64,000 bases of DNA from contig NC_043003.1 in NCBI RefSeq assembly GCF_006345805.1, forward strand, positions 20,212,001-20,276,000, written 5' to 3'. A model generated the notes under the pieces. It searched no databases. It was not told where the DNA came from and worked only from the letters and a program-made list of their open reading frames with translations. This stretch comes from Octopus sinensis (Eukaryota). Shown here one piece after another: positions 1 through 12,538 of the stretch (the first letter of the stretch is position 1; each line of letters begins with the position of its first letter). Made by a program: the position numbers and the translations under genes.

Positions 1-54
1 GTGTATATATATATGCATATATTACATCTATACATACATTATATACATGCATAT

Positions 55-88
<34 letters not shown>

Positions 89-130
89 ATATATACATAT
101 ATATATATTATATATATATATAATACACAC

Positions 131-163
<33 letters not shown>

Positions 164-167
164 CAAC

Positions 168-200
<33 letters not shown>

Positions 201-224
201 CATATACATATATATATATATATA

Positions 225-308
<84 letters not shown>

Positions 309-330
309 GCACATACACACACGCATATTA
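1..330. repeat. (TA)n microsatellite, representative of dozens of (TA), (CA/TG), (TAA), (TATC), (TTC), (CTA/CCA) and (GA) tracts in the window
   Basis: Directly visible. Other examples: 860-965, 5341-5433, 20190-20297, 36240-36327, 47600-47900, 51838-51936, 61655-61722. Confidence 0.98.
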
Positions 331-896
331 CTTCCATACTGATAAGAGTATGATTGCACCTAACAATAAACACATAAACATGTTTATCACATGCCTATAA
401 ACTTGTGTGTACATTAATACATCAAAACACAATTGCAAAACCCAAACACTCACATACTTCCTCCGCTTTATAGATTCTCACCCATTTAGCCACGATAACT
501 CAAATACTCACACATATCTGTATACGCGCCCGCATATTAGCTTTGGCATATCCTTCCACGAATAGCAATTCACAGAAGATTAAATCAAATTCGCAGAACA
601 TAAAGTAATTAATTATAGTGACAATCAGTATTTGAAACTATACACATATTCGTCCTACAATTCATGTCTCTTCTCTCTATCCGACTGACCAATTTCGTTT
701 ATTCCGATGACCGAACAATTGTGAGCCTTTCACCTACCCACACATACTCTCATACTCTTGCACCTAGGCAATAACTTACAAATATTTGCCCTGACATTAT
801 TGCTGCTCACCCCCTAGGATAACTTAATCAGTTGTGTGTATATATATATATATTCTTATATATACACACGCATACACACACACACACACACACACA

Positions 897-943
<47 letters not shown>

Positions 944-1429
944 GTGTGTGTGTGTGTGTGTGTGTATGTATAAGAATTTTTTGCGTAATAAGATAAAAAA
1001 CCAACGCTGTATAGATATTAGAGCATTTATAGATAGAAGGTTTTACAGCTGTTTCTAGGATATTAATTAATAATATCCCTCCATCGGAGACGGTGTGAGA
1101 GGAAAATTAAGGCATAGTTAGTTTAGATGTGATACAAAATAGAGAGTGAGGTGAAGGAGAAGATAGATGTAAGATGCATGGGTATTGAAGTTGTAAATCC
1201 GTTTTATAGGCATAATGGTATATCTGCAATATTCCAATATCCCTTGAGTAAAATCCAAAAGTCCAACAGAGTTTAATGAGTCCTTCCAAATATAGAGTTT
1301 ATAAGCAATGTAAGATTCCCTTATATATATATATGTATGTATGTATATGGTCAGCTTGTTGCCTCATTTATTTTCGATGCGACAACTTACTGCTAATACA
1401 TTTGATTTTATGACAACTTCTGTCTAAAC

Positions 1430-1754
1430 CATAGGTTCTCAAAGTGGGCGCTACCGCTCCCTGGTGGGCGTTGAGATGGTCCAGGTGAGCACTGGTGCCT
1501 ATGCAGGCGGTGAGGGAGAGCGTTAGAGAAAAAGGTGTCTTTGGGAAGAAGGCAGTAAACTGGGTGACGCTATGAATTTATGATATTATTATAGTATTGT
1601 ATGCAAATTATATAATATATAAAATATCAAATTATTCATTGTAAATATAAATTAGCAAAATATAAAATATTTATACATAAAAACAGGGGTGGGGCGCTGG
1701 GGGTATTATGTGGCCATGAGGTGGGCGGTGGCCCCAAAAATTTGAGAACCTTTG
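1430..1754. mobile_element. hAT (Charlie-like) MITE
   Basis: TIRs CATAGGTTCTCAAA / TTTGAGAACCTTTG, with GTCTAAAC on both sides (8-bp TSD, register off by one G). Confidence 0.8.
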
Positions 1755-2321
1755 TCTAAACGTTTATGCATTACCCACCACACATCATTAGCACTTAATA
1801 GAGAGACTCTCAAATTCAAACATTTCACAGCACAGCGAAGCAATTCTTATCAAATTCATGGTTGGTAATTTTCTTTGAAGAAATTCAATTGTCTAGACAT
1901 TGGTCGGGTCAAGTCATGTATGGGATCATGCGCTGTTTCAGCGTGTCGTCGCATCCACCGTTTGTCGATGTTTCTCTACACCTTGTGGATGACGCCTTTG
2001 TAGCACTCATGCGACAACCCTCCCAGCTATAGGTCTGTTTGGGTAATCAGTGCTGGTGAAGGTTTTATGAAATCGAAGGCTTTACGAGGGTTTTACGAAA
2101 TCGAAGTGCAAATTCCATTTAGTCGCCTTTTTCGACATGTAGAGGAAAGGTTACGACCATTCTTTCTTATGCCGGTCCGTCCTCACACTGTCATAGATGA
2201 ATATCTTTAAAGAATATCATAGCTTGAAAAATAGCCAGTGGGACATTTTGAACTTTCTAGCTTTATATATTGAACTATCTAGTGTTATATATTGAAACAC
2301 CACACACACACACACACGCAC

Positions 2322-2356
<35 letters not shown>

Positions 2357-3511
2357 AACAGACATACACACAGACTCACAGGCACGCAGACATACAGACA
2401 CATAGACACACACACACATACACGCACGCACACATGAATATACTCGTGTAAAGTCATATTCAGCATACCTATATGCATGTAGACATGAGAAAACCCTTCG
2501 CTGCTGAAATAGTCCTGGGTAGATTATCTCCTCTTAGACATAAATTTAGGACTTATTATAAATTCCTTTAAATCTTGCCAAGGAGGTGTACAAAAGTACC
2601 GTTTATGCACAGGTAAGGCCCACGAAATCCTTATGACCGATAATCATATCATTAATTATTAAATAAGCGAAATGAATTGGTTGTCTATTTTTGTTTCTTT
2701 AATAATCATAAATCTTACAGAATTAGTTATCAACTACGTACACAGAATGATGCAGTTATTTTGTAGCTAGATTATAAATGATTAATAATTACTAATTAAT
2801 CAATAACGGATTAAAATATATGCTTGATACGGCAACATTCAATTAGGAGAATCGTGGACGCATGGGGGAAATATATGGATTTTATAATTTCTTGCCTTTC
2901 AGTTTATTCTCTTCTCATTCTAATTGCCAGGGTTATGAGAAGAATGATTTGCACTGAAGGATGGAGCATCTAAATAGAACTATAACTTATATGCTTTTAC
3001 GTGTATTAACTCAGGCAATTACTAAACTATTATTACGGTAATAATGGTATCTGTCGCTTCTGTAAGTGTTATTATATATTATTATTCTTTCTGGGTTTTT
3101 CTCGTCATTATTATTATGGCTCTCTTATTGACGGATAAATTACCATCTACCAAATAATGTATTTCATATTGTACTTAATGTTATTATTATCGTTGCGTCC
3201 ATATGAAATATAACTATGAATCTTGTTATGACAGCTTGAATAGCTGCCTTTCTGTATTAATTAACTTGTTATTCTCTTTTTGTGTTAAGTACGGGAGGAC
3301 GCATATTGTGGAGAAATGCACTGCTTTGTGTGTATTTCCCGTAGCTCTTCACATTCTGAGTTCAAATCTCACCGAGGTCATCTTTGTGTTTCATCCCCCT
3401 TCCCATCGGGGATCATTACAATAAGCTCAAGTACTGGGTCGATGGCTTTAACTAACACCCGTCTTCTAAATACTCCTCACTTTTTATATAAATCAGAAAT
3501 AATAATAGGCG

Positions 3512-3610
3512 TAGGAGTGGCTGCGTGATAAGTAGCTTGCTTACCAACCACATGGTTCCGGGTTCAGTACCACTGTGGCACCTTGGGCAAATGTCTTCTA
3601 CTATAGCCTC
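3512..3610 (+). mobile_element. SINE family A, head only
   Basis: GTGGCTGCGTGATAAGTAGCTTGCTTACCAACCACATGGTTCCGGGTTCAG. Confidence 0.78.
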
Positions 3611-3714
3611 TACTGTAGCGAGATCTTTGGGGGCTCTAAATACTTCAATAACTCCGCGGCACAGGCACTTCACTATTTTCTTTATCACTAACTCTAATCG
3701 AATTTACACGTTAA

Positions 3715-3760
3715 GTTATTCTGAAGATTCCTAAAAAGGATGAAATAGTACTATCCACGA
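3715..3760 (+). ncRNA. Degenerate minimal type I hammerhead ribozyme motif (Penelope-associated type)
   Basis: CTGAAGA (3721), short TCCT/AGGA stem II, GAAA (3742), palindromic TAGTACTA, then TC. Stem I is poorly paired. Confidence 0.45.
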
Positions 3761-4981
3761 TTATTGCCTTGGAGAAATTGTAATAAATTTGCCATAGATA
3801 AGGAAGTTATATATGTGAACTCCCTCTATCCTCTTCGCATGCCTTGATTTTAAATTCAAAATTGTAATCCTGTTTCACGCTGCGTGGAGATAGTTATTTC
3901 CCTTTGTATTACCATATATAATGTTCCCAGCATTGTTCTATCTATAATATGATACCTCCACACAATGTTATCTTGTCCTGTCAGAAAGTTTCTTTATTTA
4001 ACTACTTTTTATTTAGAATTCTTCATTTTTTATTTTTTTATTGTGATTTTTTGATAGTTTTTTTAAATTCATTCTTTATCGTTGGTTTGGAACGACAATG
4101 TGAGTAAAAGATAACGCGGACAATATTCCCCTTTCTTTGGAAGTTTTGTTTTCCTTATCTTCTAATTTTTTCTTTTATCTTTGTTTATATTTTATCTGTG
4201 TATTTGTATTTACGCATTTCTTTAATCTTTCGATCTTATCGCTATTGTTATCCGTGAATTGTGATTGAACATGATTCTCTGGTGTCCAAGGTCGACATGA
4301 AAAGATAAAAAAATTAATCACTAAACAATTTTAAATTTGTTGATGATAATCTCGAAGAACAATAAGAAGGATGAGGCAAAATCTTTCTATTTATTACCAT
4401 AATAATTTCCTGATTCATTTGGGCAATACGTAGTTTTGCATAGTTCTCTAAAAGCAACATCCAGTTACAATTAATCGACGATGGGCGCTTTTTCTCCGAA
4501 TTTTTTTCTTGTGCAATGTTTCCAGTTAACCACAGTTCTTGTTTTCATTAACTGTTTCGTTTTCATTTACCTCTTCATGATTAGGAAATGCCCTTCATTT
4601 CCCATCAAGCATAACTTTTTCGAAGCTAATCTTGTTTTGGATACTTACCTTGACTGCCAACCATTGGTAGCTTTCGCAGGGTATGATTGTAGAGAACCTA
4701 CCTTCCCTTACTTAATGAAACAGCTGTTGAGATCAAACGAGGTATGAACCACATGTGGAATAAAGACCTTTCTGCTTCTATGCTAAATGTGTTACTTCAT
4801 AAAATCGTTTTAGCTGATTATGTAAATACATGCAAGCGATCCCACGTGCATTTGCTGTAATGCAATAATGTGTCTTAACATTTTATTTCTGTGGATTCAT
4901 TCTTTCACGTTTATACATCAATTCTCTCTTTTTTTCAACCTTCCTTCCTTCTTTCATTCCGTTCTTTCTCAATATATGTAT

Positions 4982-5040
<59 letters not shown>

Positions 5041-5339
5041 AATATACATATATATATATATATATATGTATGAATTTGTGTGTGTATGTATAGTAACAAG
5101 CGTAATAACCATCCATGGATGAAATTTATATATATGATATTTTAATATATTGCTACGCGCGTTTCCACAAATCATATGTTTTTGTGACTATAATCCGCAT
5201 TCCTGCGATAATTACAAAACAATTTTTAATATCTATGGACATCAGTTGGGTCCTTGTTCATGCTTTCATTTCTCCAGGCGATATAGCGATACGTTAAATA
5301 TTTATACATCCTATCCATGGATTATTATTAATTAATTAC

Positions 5340-5436
<97 letters not shown>

Positions 5437-5997
5437 TAATCCTACGTTCTATCGGCACAACTCGGTAAGTTTTCGTAAAACTGCTTTCGCAGGTTGGAAT
5501 CACCAAGCCATAGCCGACATAATAACATAGATTTTATATATATATATATATATATATACAATGTAAAGCTGTTTTTATGTATTGCATAAGAAATTTGACA
5601 AGCAAAGTAAATAAAGTGGTCAGAAATGCATCTGAATCTTTTCTATTTTCTCCCATTATACACCAACGTTTGCTTTACCGATTTTCAGTCTCATAAAGTC
5701 ATAAAGTTTGAATAAACATCAACCAACGCTCCCCATTGTTCTCCTATTCCCAACACTGTGTTGTACTTTCATTAATACAGCTAAATAAATTGATTAGATT
5801 TATTTTAAAATATATATGTATTATAGCCTCTTTTTATAATGCTATTACTGATGTAGTCGTAATGAAAGCCATATAAATTTTACTTCGTCAATCAGAAGAA
5901 ATCAATAACGCGAGTAGTTTACTGTAAAGGGACATTGAACTCCATTTTGATTACTATTTCTGACTTGATAATTATCTTTTTGTTGTTTTACTTGCAG

Positions 5998-6044
5998 TTT
6001 CCAGTATAGTTCGCTGTCAATTATGAAAACTTCCTCTTATAAAG
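5998..6044 (+). other. Possible 47-nt host exon containing an ATG at 6023
   Basis: Pyrimidine tract TTTTTGTTGTTTTACTTGCAG acceptor and AAG|GTAGGT donor; no partner exon identified. Confidence 0.2.
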
Positions 6045-6620
6045 GTAGGTGTTTGATTTCGTTTCCTCCATTTAAATTCAAGCATTTCTAATTTTATTCT
6101 CTTTGTTATTCGACCAAGACTAACTATTTTCTTTATTCTTCAAGTCTTTCTCCGTTTCGCATAGAATAAGATGGAAGTAAAACACCCTTTGTAGTTCAGG
6201 CCACAACTGAAAGCTGTGATGTAAACGAGCTACGTCTTCCATATTGCATCACTGCACACATAATATTTTTCATACTCAAATATGCACACCGTATCTCACT
6301 TGCCTTTGTTCTTACGTGGCATAATAAAAAAAAAATTTAATATACTATAATAAATCCCATTTAAAACTGAAAATAAATATTTTTTTAAGACCGCTTTTCT
6401 TGTTATTTTCCCCTAAAACAATGCTATCTTTGGTTTTCTAAATATTCTCTTTCAAACGTTCGTATTCTAAATTTCAGATAATTTAAAGTTCGACTTTCTG
6501 ACATTCTACCTTATCATATGATCTAAACTCATAAGATATATATATTATATAATATATATATATTAATATATATATATATGTATTATAGTGGGGTAGGCCG
6601 GTTTAAGGGGTCACCCTGGA

Positions 6621-6728
6621 TTTCTTGCTCATAAGAGGTTTAGCCTTGCGGCGTATCTTCGGACTCCAAACATAGGTTTCTCGCTCATAAGGGGTTTAGC
6701 CTTACGGCGTATCTTCAGACTCCAAACA
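6621..6728. repeat. Two-copy 56-bp direct repeat
   Basis: TTTCT(T/C)GCTCATAAG(A/G)GGTTTAGCCTT(G/A)CGGCGTATCTTC(G/A)GACTCCAAACA at 6621 and 6677. Confidence 0.9.
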
Positions 6729-6845
6729 CTGCTGGCCCGAGAACTCTTTAAAACATAGAGGGAGGAGGGGAAGCCTCCTTTTAAAGGGTAAAATCATAGG
6801 TGATTATCTCCCTTTGCCATTGTCCATCGATCTTTGGCCGCGCTG

Positions 6846-7125
6846 CTATCTTGTGGTCACTAAAGCATCACGAAGATAAATGATAAATGGCACGAGTGAG
6901 ACTTTAAGCATCCTCGTGCGTTCGGCAATGCATAATTTGCACCGTTTCGTCCCGTTGATGTAGAGACCTCGGTTCTCGAGTATTTTCCATGCGATCGAGT
7001 ATGGAATCTCTTCGTCTCGTAAATGCCAGATATGGCTGGCCAGCGAGGTTACGTGTCTCCTTCCGGGATTCTGAAGGCAGACAGATGATTAGAAGTACGC
7101 TGTTTCAGAGAGTCCCCAGTGCACT
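6846..7125 (-). pseudogene. Penelope-like element GIY-YIG endonuclease C-terminal relic
   Basis: The ATG-less open frame 7088->6846 reads ...RRHVTSLASHIWHLRDEEIPYSIAWKILENRGLYINGTKRCKLCIAERTRML...; GLSET and SNHLSAFRIPE lie just upstream across frameshifts. It resembles the PLE endonuclease tail (TxLSxHIW...CxLCxxE) from recall; no search was run. Confidence 0.7.
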
Positions 7126-7459
7126 CCACTTAGCTCTGTGGGGGCGAGATGTCGTTGCACCTGTTGCTGTTATACGCGCTGCTACTGCTGCTGCTGTTGT
7201 TGGTGCTGTTGCTGCTACCGTTGCCGCCGTGCCTGTTGCTGTTGTCTTTGCATCATTTGCTGTTGTAGGTGCTGCTGCAGTTGATGCTGTTGTTACTGCT
7301 CTGGCTGCTACTGTTGCCGCTGATGTCACCGGTGATGCTGTCGCTGTTGTAGTTGCGGCTGCTGTTGTTGCTGGCGTTGGCGTCGCTGGGGGTGGTGTTG
7401 GTGTCGGTCATATTCTCGTCCCTGCGCGTGTTGCCTGTGGTGCAGTCTATGTTGCTGTT

Positions 7460-7855
7460 GTTGTTGTTGAGCGAAGCGGTCTTCTTCGTCCCAGAGCTCA
7501 CAAGATCGCGCCTCTGTAGTGGGAGAAGTCCGAAACGGGGTCCTTTGCTATTCGTAAGACCCGCAGAAGAGAAAGCAGGTCAACCCCCGACACCGAGAAC
7601 ATCGACGGATGGGTGAATGCGCATCCAGGCTCAGCGGTTGCGTAGGAAGTCGGGGACAAGAAACAGGAAGAAAGAGTGAGAGAAAGTTGGGGTGAAAGAG
7701 TACAACAGGGGTAGCCCCCCCCATCCTGCCGGAGTTTCGTGGAGCTTTAGGTGTTTTCACTCAATAAACACACACAACGCTTGGTCTGGGAATCGAAATT
7801 GCGATCCTCCGACCGCGAGTCCGCTGCTCTAACCATTGGGCCATTGCGCCTCCAC
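7460..7855 (-). mobile_element. tRNA-headed SINE family C (tail type 1, ends in (CAA)n)
   Basis: Head GTGGAGGCGCAATGGCCCAATGGTTAGAGCAGCGGACTCGCGGTCGGAGGATCGCAATTTCGATTCCC. The 3' boundary is approximate. Confidence 0.72.
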
Positions 7856-8731
7856 TTGCTGTTGCTGTTGTTTTCGTCGCTGCTGCTGGCGCTGCCACCG
7901 CTTTGCTGTTGTTGTTGTTGTTGATGAAATCAGGGTTGCTAGTGTTGTTGCTAGTGCTGGTGATAGTGGAGGATGTGGTGGTGGCAACAGTAGTGATGAC
8001 GTATTTTTCTAGGTTCTTGAATACTATGGGTAAGTGACAGGAGTCTGTATTTATATACGACAGTCTCTCGTTTGGTTTGCGGTAGGGCCTGAAAGTACCG
8101 AACCCAGGACGAGCGTGACGCCCAAGAAGTTCACTGATGTGGGGTTGGTCCCTATGGCGATCTTCAAGCCCATGGAGGCAAGCGTGCTTATTAAGTCTTT
8201 CCTAAGTCTGTCTAGTGTATAGCCGCTTGATCCTCAAGAGATGGCCACTGCGTCAGCCCTATAGAGACCAAAGAAGACGGAGAGGAACTATTTTAAAGGG
8301 TATCTAGGATATATAACCAGATAAGGTCACAAATATTAGCGCTGTCGTAGGCACCCATCGCTAAAAAAAAACAAAAAAAACCTGGAGCAGCTGAGGTAGA
8401 AAAATTCACATAACATAACATTACAATGTTATGTTATGTGAATTCAGTTTTGTAGAGGATTATGTGTCACAGGGGCTTAGCCTCAAGTTACTTGTGAACT
8501 TGATACCATCTCGGTTTGAGCAATGTTCATGGAATATTTTCCTCTTTGTGCAAACGACGTAGCGCTCGCGGCGGTGTTGGAGAGAATAGTCTGAGCTTCT
8601 GGATTTTATCATGAAATTTATTGATTTCCTTATTTAATTTTGTGATCTATCTCTGGTGCTTCAGTTCTCAATGTTTTGGTTTTGCATAAAGAGACTACGA
8701 TGGGCAACGGCATGCAAGGTGCGAACTGACA

Positions 8732-8907
8732 AACGCAGAGAAGAGATAGATTATAGTTTCAAAGTCCCTAGACGAGAAAGTTCTACCGAACCATGAGCAC
8801 ATCCTGTGGGCTATGCCGACTCTATTGTTAATGTGTGCACTGCAGTATGTGCCCATGAACTTCTCGTATAAGGACTTTAATACTATAATCTATCTCTTCT
8901 CTGCGTT
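8732..8907. mobile_element. Small MITE with ~36-bp TIRs and an imperfect inner inverted repeat
   Basis: AACGCAGAGAAGAGATAGATTATAGT.T.AAAGTCC with its reverse complement at 8872-8907. Confidence 0.7.
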
Positions 8908-9110
8908 ACATCTGAATTTCTGATTTTGTTTGAAGTTTTGAGAAGCTCTTTCGGGAGAAGAGAAAATAGCTTTTTATGATGATATAATAAAAGTTTTATT
9001 CTACCCTTGCATAATGTATACAATGCTCAGGTGCGCTAGACTTCTCGGAGAATCTTAAAAGAGGTAACAGAAACCATCCACTTTTCTTGAATGGATGGTT
9101 TCAAATGTAT

Positions 9111-9540
9111 CTCTTTTACTCCTTTACTTGCTTCAGTCATTTGACTGTGGCCATGCTGGAGCACCGCCTTTTAGTCGAGCAAATTTCCCCCAGGACTTAT
9201 TCTATCGGTCTGTCTTTTTGCCGAACCGCTAAGTTACGGGGACGTAAATACCCCAGCATCGGTTGTCAAGCGGTGTTGGGGGGACAAACACAGACACACA
9301 CACACATACATACATACATACACCACATACATACATACATACATACATACATACATACATACAACATCACACACACACCACACACACACACCACAACACA
9401 CAACACACAACCACTATATATATTATATATATATACATATATACGACGGGCTTCTTTCAGTTTCCGTCTATCAAATCCACTCACAAGGTTTTGGTCGGCC
9501 CGAGGCTATAGTAGAAGACACTTGCCCAAGGGCCACGCAG
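9111..9540 (-). mobile_element. SINE family A, head truncated
   Basis: Reverse-complement match to 55.8-56.2 kb. Confidence 0.82.
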
Positions 9541-10032
9541 CATATGTATTTGCGTTTTTAGATAGAGATGATTCGTAAGAGATATTTTCTCCGGACAATA
9601 ACTTGCCTTTTTCGATATATCTGCATTAAGTATGATACGCAGATGGATAATTTAATTTAATACTTCTTCTATTGCATGTATCAATTTTTATTCATCCGCG
9701 CGGCTGACTACAACACCAGTGATTTTTCAACCATTATTTTCTTATGTCAGTAGTGACAGATTTTATCGTAGCATGCAGGTGCCAATGAAGACATGCTACT
9801 GAAACGGTCCAAAGAGACAGAAATCTATATCTAGCATTCTCACTGCCACTAAAGCACGCTTTCCCTCTGTTATTGAACCATTTTTGTATGTTTAAACAGT
9901 AAATCAATAAGAGTTAATTTGCCATTCATGATATATTTACATTAAGTATGATGTACAGGTGGCTATTCTAATCTAACACTGCTTCTGTTGTATATAATAC
10001 ACCTAATATCTGTATACATACATACACACGTA

Positions 10033-10097
<65 letters not shown>

Positions 10098-11029
10098 ATT
10101 ATTTACTCTAGTCCATAAATACCAACTTTTCTCTTCGTTCAACCATCCATCATCGGCAGGTTTCCACATTAACACGTCTCCTCTCTGTCTGTCTGTCTGC
10201 CTCTCTCTCTCTGTCTCTGTCTCACTCTCTCGCACTCTCTCAGTCTTTCTAATCTAATTCCTTTTAAAATTTGTTTTATTTCTATTTATCTTGTTTTTCA
10301 ATAATTTCTCTCCGATTTCACCCAATTTTCCCAAAACATTTTAGCTTAGTTTCTTATTGATTAATCGAACCGAAGCAATTTCAATATATATATATATATA
10401 TATTGTTGCATTATTTTGTTCCATTATTTTTTAATGTTTTACTTTATTTTACTTCATTTCCATTTATATATAATTTATTTATTTAGCAACATTATCCAAC
10501 TTTCGATTTAATAAACCCTTTTTCTTCTTGCTATGTTGTCCTAGTGAAATTTAGTCCATGGAAGCAATTTTAGTTTCGGTTTGTATACATTTGATATAGA
10601 TTTATATAACTTAATTTGTATGCATTTTATATTTGCTTTATATAAGTTTGATATCACTTATTACTATAATATTATTCGGAGTGTATGTACATTTGATATA
10701 TTTAAATACTGTTATATTATTTTATTCATGTACGTTTTATATAATTTGCATTATATTCAGTTTCAATGCATTTCGTATACATTGCAAATTGTAATATTAT
10801 GTAGTTTGGTTTTATATATATATATAAGTATGTATGTATATGTTTATGTGTGTGTATATATATATATTTGTATATGTATATATATACATGTACATATATT
10901 TATACATATAAAGGTACATATATGTATATATATACATGTACATATATGTATATATATATGCATATATATACATATGTATGTATATATATATGCATATATA
11001 TATGTATATGTGTATATCTATCTACCTAC

Positions 11030-11103
<74 letters not shown>

Positions 11104-11210
11104 CATATATATACATATAACTTATATTTGGCAGAAACAGCAAAAGATAAAATATATATATATATATAGTCAGATTTTGAGTTCTATATTCCTGTTTAAA
11201 TTGCCATATA

Positions 11211-11670
11211 CAGGGTGCGATGGGTAAATTGTTATCATTTCATAATCCTAATTTCGCGCGTGCGCATTGTTTGTTTTTGACTTTGCCGACTACACAATAT
11301 AGTATGGTCAGTTGGGCCCTGTCTGTGAGAAAAACAGCACCATGACGCAATTCGCTCTGCTAGAAATCTGTACTGTTTGGCATTCGTGCCGGAAGCTCCA
11401 AAAACGACCATTTCACAGTGTTTGTGTCAATCTGAGGACAGTGCAATCTGAGGACGTGTGTCGAGAGTGATCTAGTCAATATCATGGTGTTTGGAGTGAT
11501 CACTAGTTATGGCGACGTTATGCCTTCATTCATCTTCCCACACGGTCTCATACTCAACACGGAGGTTTACATCAAGTGCCTGGATGAGGTAGTTTTGCCC
11601 TGGTTCAAGAGGGTGGATGCTGGAAGATTTTATGTCTGGCAACAGGACTCTGCACCATGCCACATAAGGA
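11211..11670 (+). mobile_element. Tc1/mariner (maT-like) transposon fragment: left end plus part of the catalytic domain
   Basis: TA|CAGGGTGCG terminus; MVFGVITSYGDVMPSFIFPHG...VWQQDSAPCH. A 12-bp direct repeat CAATCTGAGGAC (11428 and 11444) lies at the apparent deletion junction. Confidence 0.82.
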
Positions 11671-11805
11671 ACTGCACTGGTATTACTGTAGGGTTGCAAT
11701 TCCAACGGTTACTAATTCGTCTACGTAAAGTTGTATATATATTAAAAGAATTAAAGGTAATGCTATGCAACTTCGTAATAATCCTTATTAATATTGTTGA
11801 TAAGT

Positions 11806-12410
11806 CAGTGAGCTGGCGGAATCGTTAGCACGCCGGGCGTAATACTTAGCAGTATTTCGTCTGCCGCTACGTTCTGAGTTCAAATTCCGCCGAGGTCGAC
11901 TTTGCCTTTCATCATTCCGGGGTCGATTAAATAAGTACCAGTTACGCAGTGGGGTCGATATAATCGACTTAATCCGTTTGTCTGTCCTTGTTTGTCCTCT
12001 CTGTGTTTAGCCCCTTGTGGGTAGTAAAGAAATAGGTATTTTGTCTGCTACTAAGTTTTGAGTTCAAAATCCGCCGAGGTCGACTTTGCCGTCCATCTTT
12101 TCGGGGTCGATAAATTAAGTACCACTTGCGTCTTGAGGATCGACCTAATGGACTGACCGCATCCCCACATAATCCAGGCCTTGTGCCTATAGTAGAAAGA
12201 ATTATTAATATTCTTTATTTTTTGTTCTACTCTAGGCACAAGGCCCGAAATTTTGGGAGATGGGGCCAGTCGATTAGATCTACCTCAGTACGCAACAAGT
12301 ACTTAATTTATCGATCCCGAAAGGATGAAAGGCAAAGTCGACCTCGGCGAAATTTGAACTCAGAACGTCAAGACAGACGAAATACCGCTATGCTAACCTT
12401 TCCCCTAGCT
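11806..12410. mobile_element. SINE family B (CORE-like) cluster: + strand dimer 11806-12125 and - strand copy 12130-12410
   Basis: GAGCTGGCGGAATCGTTAGCACGCCGGGC...GTTCTGAGTTCAAATTCCGCCGAGGTCGACTTTGCCTTTCATC. Confidence 0.82.
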
Positions 12411-12451
12411 CGCCGCGCCGCTTTATATATATATATATATATTATATGTAT

Positions 12452-12483
<32 letters not shown>

Positions 12484-12507
12484 ATATATATATATATATA
12501 TACGTAC

Positions 12508-12538
<31 letters not shown>

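Noticed and set aside
28-400. Many YI-, HT-, CV-, LS-, poly-I/L/N/T/V-rich ORFs throughout the track
   Set aside because: They are stop-free readings of (TA), (CA), (TATC), (TAA) and similar microsatellites, not genes.
6621-6728. Canonical hammerhead in the 56-bp repeats
   Set aside because: TAAA replaces GAAA and there is no NUH or stem I complement; kept only as an unexplained hairpin.
6989-7519. 176-aa Ala/Val-rich plus-strand ORF
   Set aside because: It is the antisense reading of CAA/CAG-rich low-complexity DNA and the GIY-YIG relic.
7760-7855. tRNA-like A/B boxes, also at 3512, 11806, 20000, 27250, 45350 and 55776
   Set aside because: Each continues into a SINE body and lacks a convincing cloverleaf or Pol III terminator, so these are SINE heads rather than tRNA genes.
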